Shown: positions 48,620 to 61,802, numbered from the stretch's first letter. The stretch: 64,000 nucleotides of DNA from Octopus sinensis (GCF_006345805.1 NC_043001.1:55862001-55926000); one strand, 5' to 3'. Notes: generated from the sequence alone by a model not told the origin. A program made the numbers and translations.

Positions 48620-49880
48620 AGACAAATGAAAGAAGGGCACTCAACACATTTATTGGGTGCTATATGTATAGATCAAAACAGCTTGATTCAGACTTCTTGG
48701 TACTCTGAGTTTCAAGCATGTGGCTAGTCTTCATCCATTGGAATCTGAATGAGCGTTTGATTGAAGAGAATCAATGTTTATTACTGGACATTACCCTGAA
48801 AATTGGTCGAGAAAGGTCATGCAGTATGGCTGTCTGATGTTGGTATTTCAGCAACGACAATTAGTTTGAAAATACCGCATGGTGAACAGGAAATCAACCG
48901 CTTGGTGGAAAAGAAATTGGTTGTATGGTTGGGGGAAATAGGAAGAGGTGGTAGATGTGGGGTTATATATGTATATATGTACATGTATATGCCCATATAT
49001 CTGTGTGTATGCATCTGTACTTATACAAATGTTTATGTGTGCTTAGATGTACATTCACACATCTGCACACACACACATATATTCATGCACACATATACAC
49101 ACACACATGCACACCACAAACATGCATGCACACCTTTATTTCCATGTATATATGCAGAGTTGTGCATGTGTACATACATGCACATGTACATGTACACATG
49201 TGTGCTCATGTACACACACCTGTGTGCATGTATACAGTAAGCAGATGCATATGTGTAGTCACACACATATACTCATGTGGTCATGCACAAGGGGTGAGAG
49301 TATACAGATAGACAGGCATGGAGAAGTGTTGGGGATTGGGGATTTGCAGTACTGTTCATGGGGGTTAATTTGCGATGGTGCACTTGGAACAGGTGGTGCT
49401 AGGGGTGGCTGGTATTAAGGTAGTGTAGCCGGGTTCTTGGCAGCCAGTGGCATTAAAATTTACCAGAAGGGTGTACCTCTGGTGACAGCAATACAATACC
49501 TCATATTTCTTATTGATGGATACTGTGGGTTGGTAGACGATATGCAGTTTTTTTGGGAGGCACAGCTAACAACTAGGGGAGGGGGCTGGGTGAGTATAGT
49601 GATGCCCTGTCGATAATAGTCCACTTGATGCTGGGTGTTTCATGTTGGAGGTCATGAAGTCTCCAGAGAAAGCGTAACAGGAAAGTGGAGTTCTATCTAT
49701 TCCTGGATCTAAATGAATGCAAATTCTAGGATATCTTCCCTTGAAATCATTGGCTGTCATACCCGTATAGTGCCTAGTAATGCCATTGGATGGGGTAAGG
49801 GTGGTTCTATATACTATAGCTCTTGAGAGGTAGAATCTGCCTAGGGGACCGGTGGTAGGATTTTGACAGTTGCAGTGAGA
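48620..49880 (-). mobile_element. Penelope-like element 3' portion (GIY-YIG endonuclease remnant plus probable 3' UTR)
   Basis: Across frameshifts: CNCQNPTTGPLG..LSRAIVYRTTLT, YTGMTANDFKGRY, HSFRS, SIKWTIIDRAS.YSP, C*LCL.KKLHI, SINKKYEVLYCCHQRYTLL (about 49880-49440), the order seen in Penelope GIY-YIG C-termini. Inclusion of 48620-49400 is inferred. Confidence 0.8.
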
Positions 49881-49884
49881 CTAT

Positions 49885-50410
49885 ATATATGTATAGGTCT
49901 CACTGAGGAGGAAACAAGGGACCAAGGCTTCTAGGGATTTCCTGTGCTTGAGAAGACATGTCAAGCTATGTAAAACTGTGGCCATCTCTACATGCAGACA
50001 TGAACTTCTGCTAGCTGAGAGATCCTTGTCCATCAGGCTCCTGGGTACCAGTGGCACATAAAAAGCACCCTTGCAGTTGTTATGTAAGAAGCACCCATGC
50101 CGATGGCATGTAAAAAGCTCCTGTGCTGGTACCACATAAAAACACCTGGTGTTGGTGCCACATAGAAAGCACCTGTGCTGGTACCACATATAAGGCACTT
50201 GTGCCAGTGCCACATATGTAACACCTGTGCTGGTGACATATAAAAAGCACCCAGTGCACTTAGTAAAGTGGTTGGTGTTAGGAAGGGCATCCTGCTGTAG
50301 ATACCATAGCAAATCAGACAATTGGAACCTGGACAGCTCTTTGGCTGGTCACCTCCTGTCAAACCGTCCAACTCATGCCTGCATAGAGATTGATGATGAA
50401 TATGATGGGG
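49885..50410 (+). mobile_element. RTE-type LINE 3' end with minisatellite-containing UTR (long family-D copy)
   Basis: GLTEEETRD...VLEKTCQAM*, about 8 copies of a ~25-bp cctgtgctggtgccacataaaaagca unit (50043-50253), ggaagggcatcc block, (GAT)n tail. Confidence 0.75.
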
Positions 50411-50623
50411 ATGATGATATATATTTGTGTGTGTCTTTCTGATTGTGTTTGTCCCTCACTACTTGCTTGACAAATGGTATTGGTTTGTTGATAACACTGT
50501 AACTAAGCAGTTCAGCCAAAGAGACCAGTAAACTAAGCTTGAAAAAATAATTGCTGGGGTAATAGTCCACTTCAATGTAGTGCTCCAGCATGACCACTGT
50601 CCAATGACTGAAATAAGTAAAAG

Positions 50624-50659
<36 letters not shown>

Positions 50660-50980
50660 CGGTCACTCATACATAGTGTATGTGTTTGGTTTATACACCA
50701 AATTTGCTGCGAGATGGGTCCAAGAAAAGTTCCCAATGCAATACTGGGGGAGCTTGTCTTGCCTGGTCTGTGACATTGTGAACATCAGAATGCCACAGAC
50801 CAGGTGGGACAGCTCATCTTGGTATCGTTGAGAATGGTAGATATCGATATTTCGCCATTATTGTGGCATATCAATATTATGCACATGGATCATCTTGAAA
50901 AGAAGTGAATCGCTGCTCTGTGACTTATATGCAAATACAAGTCTATTTGCTGATGCTAGCATGGAAAGCAGACATTAAAC

Positions 50981-51028
<48 letters not shown>

Positions 51029-51354
51029 GATGATGATGATACATTTAGCACATGTTAAAGACAATTATGAAACACACACATACACATACACACAATAATA
51101 ACAATAATCCATTGATGGAATTTATAAACACTGAATGCATCACTACATGCATAGCAATGCATTCAATGTTTATAAATTCCATCTAAGGATTATTGTTATT
51201 GGTTACTATATTTATCCTACATTATATCGATGCTATCCCAAAAAACAGGTTCACTAGTCAGCATCTTTAGACTGTGCCTGGAATAATGGATTAGGAGTTT
51301 TATTTGTATATTCAAAATGTTTCCTGTAAACAAAATAATATATATATATATATG

Positions 51355-51468
<114 letters not shown>

Positions 51469-51659
51469 GGGAATATAATTCCAAACTTACAGGGAAAAAT
51501 TCAATTTAGCAATTCTAAATCAAATTTCACAATATATATTATATTAAGGTTATTAAGAGAAATAACCTCCACTATTGAATTACTTCATAAAGGTTATTTC
51601 TCTTAATTACACACACACACACACACACACATACATACACATATACATATGTATGTATT

Positions 51660-52050
51660 GTCATCATAGTTTAACGTCCATCATCCATGCTGGTATGGGG
51701 TGGATGGCTTGAGAGGACCTGGTCAGGTAGAAGACTGCATCAAGTTTCTGTGTATGTTTTGGCATGGTTTTTATGGCTGGATGCCCTTCCTAACCCCAAC
51801 CATCTTGCAGAATTGACTGAGTGCTTTTTACATGGCATAGGATACAGCAAGGTCAGCTTTGGCATGGTTTTTACAGCTGGGTGCCCTTCCAAAGGTCAAC
51901 CACTTTACAGTGTGGACTGGATGCTTTTTACGTGGCACCAGCACTGGCAGGGTCACCAAGTAACCTGCAAGACAAAGATCCTTTGAGAGGGGAGGGGGCA
52001 TTGGAGGAGGTGATCTTGTGTCAGGTGATGAAAGATTAGAGTGTGACAGT
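51660..52050 (-). mobile_element. Family D repeat with a duplicated ggatgcccttcc block
   Basis: tttaacgtccatcatccatgctgg...ggatgcccttcctaac, repeated at about 51860-51930. Confidence 0.7.
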
Positions 52051-52346
52051 GAGACAGAAACAGGTGTGTGTATATATATATATATGAAACGCTGCTATGC
52101 CATTTGCTTGGTGAGTATATATGTATATATGATAATGTTTGTTTTTTGTGTTGTTATAATAGAAATAATTTGACATTAACCTGGTGGGCTACTCTATACT
52201 TTTGTAGAGTACAAATTTATTATTATTAAACAAGAATGTTGTTGTCAGTGACTTCAAAGTTTCAATTAGTTAATCCGTCATCAGATGTACACATATACAC
52301 ATATAAAAATATACGCACATATATGTATGTGCATGTATATTATATA

Positions 52347-52405
<59 letters not shown>

Positions 52406-52409
<4 letters not shown>

Positions 52410-52646
52410 TCTGTTGTGTCTGAGGCGAGTCATTTTCTTTTTGTACCTTATAATTTAACACACTCACCGGTAAAATTTGTTGCGTCTGGCAAGGTTGACT
52501 CTGAGAGTCAAGACTATTGAAAAGGTTGCAAGATGCAACGAAAATTTTAGGAAAATAGAAATAAGAAATAAGTAGAAATATTGCTGGTTATTGTGTTAAA
52601 TTATAAGGCACAAAAAGAAAATGACTCTCCCCAGACAACAGAATAT
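52406..52646. mobile_element. Fold-back element with ~56-bp terminal arms and central palindrome
   Basis: Arms 52406-52462 and 52592-52646; centre ttgactct-g-agagtcaa at 52495-52511; follows a (TA)n run. Confidence 0.8.
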
Positions 52647-53444
52647 GCTTCAACACACAAACTCATATAAAGAATCTTGCAAACCAAAGCCAAAAACGAA
52701 ATATATTTATATATTTAATGTAAATTTCATGGCAATAAAGTTGCAAAGTATCAAAATTCAGTGAAATTTCATAACTTTTCATGTGTTTTCCATTTAAGCA
52801 CCATACTAGAACACAAAATGCATCAACAAGCATTGCCACCACTGTTTTTAAAGCTGTCATTATATCATCTTACAAAACACATCATAAAATGCACTATAGT
52901 GATATATTTTGGGATTTGTTTAGGAGTCAAATTGTATTTTTGATTTGGTTTGTGTGCATGATGTAAAACTCTTAACATTAGTAAATTGAGCATTCTGATA
53001 AATTCTTGCCTCAGAATGTATTTCTTGACGTATTCTGAAAAATGATATATGGATAATTGTAAATGTAGCTCTCTCTTTCTTTCCCTCTCTCTTTGTATGT
53101 ATGTGTGTGTGTGTGTATGTGTGTGTATGTGTGTGTGTGTTTGTGTGTGTGTGTTTACTTACATATATACATATACATGTATATACATATTTATATACAA
53201 ATATGCATACACACACACACGCATATACAAACATATATATACACCACCATTATAATCATCATCATCATTAAAATTTAATGTCCATTTTCCGTGTTGGCAT
53301 GGGTTGGATGACTTGACAGAAACTGGCATTGCCAGAATCTTGCACCAGGTTATAAATATACAAACATATACCTATAAATATGTATACATGTTCATATACA
53401 TACATACACATGTACATGTACATGTAAATAAATGTACATATAAA

Positions 53445-53760
53445 GCAAGCAGACAGACCAGACCCTAATACCTTTGAGTAAATAACCCTCTTCATTATGA
53501 ACATTGTCTAGGAAGAAACCCCATACAGTGTACCTACTGCAAACTGTTAACATATAAGAAGTTCAGTGGAATCACTTAAAAATTAACAAAGAAAATAGAC
53601 TTTGTATGAGACACACAGAGGAGGAATAGAAACCAAGATTACACAGAAAACAGATTTTCTTGAATGCCCAAGAGGGTCCTTAGATATAGTGAATAGTCTC
53701 TGCTACCTAGGTGACCTAATTAGCAGTGGAGGAGGGTTTTCTGAAAGTATAGATGCTCTT
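53445..53760 (+). mobile_element. RTE ORF2 internal fragment
   Basis: GRNPIQCTYCKLLTYKKFSGIT*KLTKKIDFV and LDIVNSLCYLGDLISSGGGFSESI, homologous to 43940-44160. Confidence 0.8.
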
Positions 53761-54093
53761 TTCATCTAGAGCTATAATTTGGCCTGTAGGTGCCTGCTTC
53801 TTTGAATTAGTAGTGATGGATTTGGCTTCTGCAGTGTTCAGTAATTTCTACTTTGTCACCTGGAAAAATCACTCTGTTTCATCAAGTTGGTTGGACATCC
53901 TGTTTGTAGAATTTACTTTTAGTATTTAAGGTTCTAAACAGTAATTAACCTTGTATCATTCAGATCACTCTATCAAATATGATGCTTATTTAACCACATT
54001 GTTTTGAATTAATCATGCATTATCTTGCAACATGAATTTAGTGTATCGACAATTCTCTGGGAGTGGGTCCGAAATAGTAAAGTTTTCCTGTAG

Positions 54094-54172
<79 letters not shown>

Positions 54173-54177
54173 GTATT

Positions 54178-54590
54178 GGTGCAGGTGTGGCTGTGTAGTA
54201 AGAAGCTTGCTTCCCAACCATATGGTCCAGAGTTCAGTTCCACTGTGTGGCACCTTGGGCAAGTGCCATCTACTATAGCCTTGGGCTGATCAAAGCCTTG
54301 TGAGCTGGTTTGGTAGAAGGAAACCAAAAGAAGCTTGTTGTATGTATGTATGTGTATATGTGTGTGTGTGTGTCTTTGTGTTTGTCCCATCACTGCTTGA
54401 GAACCGGTGTTGGTGTGTTTATGTCCCATTACTTAGCAGTTCAGCAAAAGAGACTGACAGAATAAGTACCAGGTTTAAAAAAAGAATAAGTCAAAATAAG
54501 TCCTCAGGTTGATTTGTTCAACTAAAACCCTTCAAGGTAGTGCTCCAGCATGACCACAATCAAAATGAAGGAAACAAATAAAAGAATATA
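54178..54590 (+). mobile_element. SINE family A
   Basis: ggtgcaggtgtggctgtgtagtaag head to gaaacaaataaaagaa tail. Confidence 0.85.
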
Positions 54591-55989
54591 TATAAGTGTG
54601 TGTGTGCGTGTGTGTGTGTGTTTATATATATGTATATATCTTCCTTGAAACGTGCACACTCATACACATGCATCAAATGTGAAACAGTCAGTGAAATATT
54701 CTGGATATCAGCCAGTGTTGATAACATCTATATATTTCCAGTAGTGCTTCTACTGCAATCTTCTAAATTCCTCTGTTAAGGCTGCAGTGTTTGGTATTTT
54801 CTATTAAATTCTCCTAGATTCTCTTTACATTCTAAAACATAGACAGATACACCACACACATACACAAAAAAACCCAAAAAACAAAAAAAAAAAACAGACC
54901 AACGTAGATGTTCATATGTACATACAAAGATATAGACAGAAATAGTGCACACACACATACTCAAAGAAAGACATCTACACATATTTAGACAACCAGACAC
55001 ACAGGTATATCACAAACACATGTACACAAAAACATACACTAATAACACATACATGAATTCTACCACTGCCTATATCTCAGTCACAAATTTTCTTCCTTAT
55101 TTGCTTTTTCTCTCTCTCTCTCTCTCTCCTCTCCTTTCTGAGTATCACACTCACACGCACATAAATAAACATACATACACACACTCATTGCTTGAGGTAA
55201 AAAAAACCCAAAAAAACAAAACCATTTTCTATTTCTCATGCTCAGTATTTTATATTCTTTGTTTCACTTTCATCATGTTGTTGCTTGTTGTTGCTGTCAA
55301 GGATTCTGCTAATTCACATATACATGCCTTTACGCATACATATACACAAATGAACAAATGCACATGCATGCTTGCACAAACACACACATCAATATCTTTC
55401 TCTCTCATTTCCTTCCTCACTACTTGTTCATTGTTTTTCTCTCTCTCTTTGCTGTTTTTGTTAGTTGTTTCTTCCATCCCACAATGCCTTTTGCTCACCT
55501 CCTACAATCCTCCTTTCTACATGTACACTCTCTCCCTCTCTTCAGTGTTATCCATCCTTTTACTCACCTCATTCCAAGCATCTTTTTTGTCTCTTTTGTT
55601 GAAGGACTTCTATCTACATCTATTTCCTTTTCATTCCACATTACTGATATGCACACTGTCTATTTATCTTTTCTGCTTTTCAATAGTCAAAAGACCCTAG
55701 CTGTCCTTTCAATATCCCCTATTACTCGTTCTGTTTCTTTCTCTATCAACAATTTTCTGTTGCAATATTTTTCTTGGGTTGTAAGATCTTAATTGTCATA
55801 TGAAATTTTTTCTTTGTTTCGTTTTTCTTTTCGCATATTCTCAAAAATTTATTTTGTTTTTGTCTTATGATTTCATAAACAAATATGTTCTCCCATGTAG
55901 GTTTTTTTAAAAAATCTGCAAACATACTAAGAAAAGCAGTCAAGCCCTAGTCTATCATAGATGAAAGGATGTACATATATATATAAGGG

Positions 55990-56712
55990 TAACACATCCT
56001 TTGGTCACAAATAACAATGGGATTACACCTAGAAAGTTTCCCTCTGAGGCATAATTCCAGGCAATGCTGTTCGTGGAAGCCCAGCAGTCATCCATGCACA
56101 CCAATATCCCTTCTCTACATCACTGCTGTCCAAGGGAAAGGCAAAAGATAATACAGCTTGGTACCAGTGATCGCGACTCATTTCTATGGCTGAGTGAACT
56201 GGAGCAATGTGAAATAAAGTGTTTTGCTCAAGAACAGAACATATAGCTCAGTCCAATAATCTTTTATACTCTAGGCACAAGGCCCAAAATTTTGAGGGAG
56301 GGGGGACAGTCGATTAGATTGACCCCAGTATGCAACTGGTACTTAATTTATCGACCCTGAAAGGATGAAAGGCAAAGTCAACCTCGGCGGAATTTGAACT
56401 CAAAACGTAAAGGCAGATGAAATACCTATTTCTTTACTATCCACAAAGGGCTAAACATAGAGAGGACAAACAAGGACAGACAAACAGATTAAGTCGATCC
56501 CAGTGCATAACTAGTACTTATTTAATCGACCCCAAAAGGATGAAAGGCAAAGTCGACCTCGGCGAAATTTGAACTCAGAACGTAGTGACAGATGAAATAC
56601 TGCTAAGCATTTCGCCTGGCATGCTAACGTTTCTGCCAGCTCATTCCAATAATTGAACACACAACTTGATGATTGTAAGCTTGATGCTCTAACCACTGAG
56701 CCATGTGCCTTC
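55990..56712 (-). mobile_element. Family-C SINE interrupted by a dimeric family-B SINE
   Basis: C body 55990-56260, C head 56654-56712; insert 56261-56644 bounded by TSD tccaataat (56252-56260, 56645-56653). Confidence 0.85.
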
Positions 56713-56725
56713 ACACACACACACA

Positions 56726-56762
<37 letters not shown>

Positions 56763-56951
56763 CATAAATAACTCCCCTCCCCACATGCAGACATTAGTGT
56801 TTTCCTTGTCCTGTTCAGCCATTTTACTCTGCTTATTTGTTTCCCTATGTATATTATATAAAGAGAGTTGGTAAAGTCAGTTTTCTTCTGACTCTCGGTA
56901 CTTTGAGTTCAACCCCTGTTGAGGTCAATTTTGGGATCAATAAATATAGTA

Positions 56952-57007
<56 letters not shown>

Positions 57008-57008
<1 letters not shown>

Positions 57009-57225
57009 GGCAGTGAGCTAGCAGAATCATTAGCACATCAATCAAAATGCTTGGTGGCATTTCTTCTGGCTCATTACATTCTGAGTTCAAACTCCACTGG
57101 GGTTGACTTTGCCTTTCATCCTTTCAGGGGTCAATGAAATGAATATCAGTTCAGCAGTTGTATTGATGTAATTGAGTAGATCCCTCCCCACTAATTTCAG
57201 GCTTTGTGCCTTGAACCTATAGCAT
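57008..57225 (+). mobile_element. SINE family B between (ATT)n tracts
   Basis: ggcagtgagctagcagaatcattagc head; (ATT)n on both sides. Confidence 0.8.
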
Positions 57226-57264
57226 AAATTATTATTATCATTATTATTATTATTATTATTATTA

Positions 57265-57303
<39 letters not shown>

Positions 57304-57429
57304 TTCTCTCTGTCTATCTCTATATTCCTGTCTCTTTCTCTCAAGAAGAAATCTGCTGTGCACAAACTTTGACTAGGGTGGAATCTGTCAGACTTGATTA
57401 AGAATTCGGTGTTCAAAGAAGGATATATA

Positions 57430-57485
57430 TATATATAGATAGATAGATAGAAAGATGGATAGGTAGATAGATAGATAGATAGATG

Positions 57486-57531
<46 letters not shown>

Positions 57532-57547
57532 AAGAGAGAGAGAGAGA
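57430..57547 (+). repeat. (GATA)n/(GA)n microsatellite
   Basis: Direct reading. Confidence 0.9.
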
Positions 57548-58470
57548 AGGCCGATGGTCCTTTATCTTTAAAGCCTATTAATTCAGCCATGAATATCTAG
57601 TTTCATGCAATTATCACTCCTCATTCAAAGTTCCTAAGAATTATTATTGCTAGGTTTTGTTTTCCTTTTTGGCCCACATGGGAAATTTTTATAAATTAAG
57701 AATTTAGCATGAACAGCATTCAAGAACACTCCTCATTGGCTTTGCAATTCAAATTCATGCCACTGGCCTCTTTTAGTTCCTTTCTCTACCGTCTTTAAAA
57801 TAATGTAAGGCACATTGCATAAAATGCCTTAGATGCATTGTTTGAATAAAAGACAGGATGGTCATGATAGAAACTCCATTAATTATAGATCTGCTTGATT
57901 ATTACTGACTCGAAGCTAAATGAGGGATAAAAAAAGTCACAAACACTAATCAACAACACCCTTCAGCATTAACAATATCACCACCGAAATATGCTAAGAA
58001 AGGAGGTCTTATGTACCCAAAGTGCTAGAAATAGCAACCAAATCACTCTCAATTTACAACTTTCTATCTTAGAAAAAAGAAAAAGACACATTGGGTAATG
58101 AACTCTGGGCTTCTCTATGCATAACAAAAAGATGAGATGGTCACAACTATATAGCGTTTGACCAAAGGTCAGTTCATTTTCAGCAGACATGAAGTTAAAT
58201 GATTGCAACTACAATAATGTAATATTTCATACAAATTACTGCTATCACAGACACCATATCAATCAGAACCACAAGTGCCAGTTCAATCAAGTACTGTATG
58301 ACACAAACAAGACAAAAGTAACAAAGACAACAACGAAGGAAATTCTTTGTTTATCAGTTATTTTGCTTGGTTTCATTTGCATTTCATTGACAGAAAAACA
58401 TCACCAACCAAATCAAAATTGCTTTTTGACAAACACAAGTGCACACACAGTAAAAAGATTATATATATAA

Positions 58471-58536
<66 letters not shown>

Positions 58537-58592
58537 CACACACATGTATATATATATATACATATAGATACATACATACATATATAGATAGA

Positions 58593-58660
58593 TAATATAG
58601 CTTCACTGCTGTGTGTGTGTATATATATATATACACACACACAGCAGTGAAGCTATATTA
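58593..58660. repeat. Perfect 68-bp palindrome
   Basis: taatatagcttcactgctgtgtgtgtgtatatat|atatatacacacacacagcagtgaagctatatta. Confidence 0.95.
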
Positions 58661-59964
58661 ATGTTTCAAGACCTAAGAGTTTAAGTGCACATACATAACT
58701 ATATACATACATAGGTATGTGACACATGTATGTATGTATATGTATTTACAAATAAATATGCACTTATACACACATATGTCCACGAACATATACATAAGTA
58801 TGTGTGTGTATGTGTAGCATTTATTCACATTTTGAACTCTGGTAAACATAGGTCTCATGAGTGTATGAGTGTGTCTAATCCTGTATTTGTTTAGTTTTAC
58901 GATGATAACAGCCCTGAACACAGCTCTCACTCTCAATGGATTCCATTATATGTTTTAACATGGAGATGGGATCACCGTTACTCCATATTTGTCAGACTTT
59001 ATCATTCCATTTTATCTTTGGTTTAAATACCACCAGCATCTGCACTACCACTACAAACACCATCATCACAGACACTGCTACACCCAGCAGCACTACCAAC
59101 AATACACAAGAAAGAAATGAACACATAATTATGAATACATGAATTACCCTATCACACAGGGTTTTTGTGTGTGAAGATGTTCATTCATTAGATGTATCTG
59201 CAGCAATGTAAGCCTTTGTTATTTTGTCAATAGAGTGAGATAAATGATGAAGAGTAGAAAAGAAGAAAACTGAATGTCTCCTTATCAGGTATAAAAGGTC
59301 GTTCATAGCTGGTAGAAATATCACACCAAATATGCTTTAAGGAATCCAGAAGAGGAAGAAGAAAATTTTAAAGATGACATACAGTTCTTTAGTTGCAGAA
59401 ATTCTTCATCTGATTCTTCATCCATAGCAATTTTTTTTTCTTTTTACAACTCAGTGGAATCACTGGAGTGCAAAAAATCAACATGAACTCAAGATAAGGC
59501 ATCAATTCTTCAAGTATTAGAGCCCTTGTTATAATGAAGGCAGTAAACTGTGATACAAAATCAAGGTGCTTAATTTCTCTAGGAGAATGTTTATCCAGTT
59601 TAGACTGAAGAGCAAAAGTTAATGGCTTAACCCAGGGATTTCCACTGTGGGGCATACATCCCACAAGTGGGGACTGGGAAAATTGTGGTAGGGTGTGGGT
59701 TCCAAAATCTTTTTTTTTCTTGTTTTTATTGGGCATGAAATTGTGAAAATCTTCTTTTTCACAGCAAACATACTGCACCTATACACACTTAGCTAAACCA
59801 ATACCTCCACTCAAGCATACTGTATGAAGACCCTTTGCTACAGTATAACACTTCTTTCTTTTACTCAGTACTTGTTAGAAATAGCAACCAAATTAGCTCA
59901 AATCATGCTACACAGCCTGAGAGTTTGAAATGTTAGGTTTTATTGTTCTATAAAAGGACTCCCT

Positions 59965-60275
59965 TCTGTCATAAATGACCATGCGATTGCACCTAGAAAT
60001 TTCTCCTCTGAAGCACAAGTCTGAGCAAAATTATTTATAGAAGACCATGCATGCTAGCCTCCCCTCTTCACACTATCAGTGTTAGCCAAGGGAAAGGCAA
60101 AGACCGATATAGCTTGTCACCAGTGAGTCATAACTCATTTCTACAGCTGACTGAACTGGAGCAACATGAAATAAAGTGTCTTGCTCAAGAACATAACATA
60201 TAGCCTGGTCTGAGAATCGAACTCATTACTCCATGATTGTGAGCCCGACACTCTAACCACTGAGCCCTGTGCTGC
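59965..60275 (-). mobile_element. SINE family C, near full length
   Basis: Reverse complement of 23441-23768. Confidence 0.85.
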
Positions 60276-61625
60276 CATTATATCCCTTTTTATAGTTCTA
60301 TACACTGCATATAAAAGAAAGGATGGTTGTAGTTTAATGCTTTTAAATGTAGGTTTGCTTGATAAGTGCTGAGCTGGGCCTGAATAATAATAACAATGTT
60401 AACTATATTGCAAACACAATTCCCTCTGCCACAATGAGCCAACAGGGAAGCTTCTACATGGTCACTTGAATTTCTAGAAATAACAATCAAATCTCCCTCA
60501 AATCACACACTACCATAGTAGAAAAAGAAATGTTGGATGTTGTGCTCTGGCTTCTCTCCTCATAAGATGGGGTAGTCATGACTGAGATGTCTTTGATCAT
60601 AGGCCTACTCAATTAGAGTGGACTCAAGGCTAAACAATAACAACGACAATTGTCATCTTCCAGACAAATTACTATGATAGTGGATAGCAATCACGTCAAG
60701 AACCACCATCACCAGCACCTTTATTGTCAAGTGCTACACACCACCACCACCACCACCACCGCCACCGCCACCACTACCACCTCCATCATCAACAACAGCA
60801 ATTACAAAACCAAAACCAAAGAAATTCTTTGTTTTCTAATTATTTTGTTTCATATATGTTTCTTTGACAGAACAACAACAAATCAAAATTGCTTTTAAAC
60901 ACTGAAATGTGTGCATACAAATAGAGTATATGCGTGTATATACATACACACATATAAATGTAAATATATATATATGTATATATACAAACGCACACATATA
61001 CAAACATGCATCGATACATATGTAGTATATATATATATATATATTTATATATGTATGTATGCATATATCTGTTATTATTTATGCTTATATGTGTGTGTGT
61101 GACTATATATGTATATATACATGTATAGAGATACATTTTGAATGGATATGATGCACATGTACTCACATGTGTGTGCATGCTTATGTTTCTTCATTTTTAA
61201 GCTCTTACAGCCCTAAACCTTTATGATACTGACACAGCCCCCACTCCCAATAGATTCCATCACATGTTTTACTGTGTAGGAATCAACATTCCTTGATGTT
61301 TGTCAGACTTTATCATTCCATTTTAACTTTGATTTAAATACCCCACACCACCATCATCACCACCACCACCACCAGTAGTAGCAGCAGCAATGCTAAAAAC
61401 CTCCACCGCTACCACTACCACAGACTTCACCACATCCAACACTACTGCCAAAACCACCACCAATACCAGTGCCCCCTTCACTGTTGCTAAGAAAAAAAAA
61501 TTAAAATACATCATAGCAAAATCCCCTCCTTCTACTGGATTTTTTGTATATTTTAAAAAAACTTTAATGTTCCTTCTAAGATTCTGATATGCATGCACAC
61601 AACAAACACACATACACACAATACA

Positions 61626-61660
<35 letters not shown>

Positions 61661-61681
61661 GTGTATATATATATATATGTA

Positions 61682-61713
<32 letters not shown>

Positions 61714-61769
61714 GATGTATACTCATAAAACATACCTGTATATGTGTGTGTGTATTTTCTCTCCCCCTC

Positions 61770-61802
<33 letters not shown>

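Noticed and set aside
54945-55700. Longest ORF in the track (251 aa, plus strand)
   Set aside because: Composed of CA/CT low-complexity and pyrimidine-rich sequence; no domain or coding-like composition.
61340-61490. Gly-rich minus-strand frame suggesting a suckerin or structural-protein exon
   Set aside because: Needs a frameshift, is not conserved in the paralogous copy, and derives from degenerate (GGT)n.
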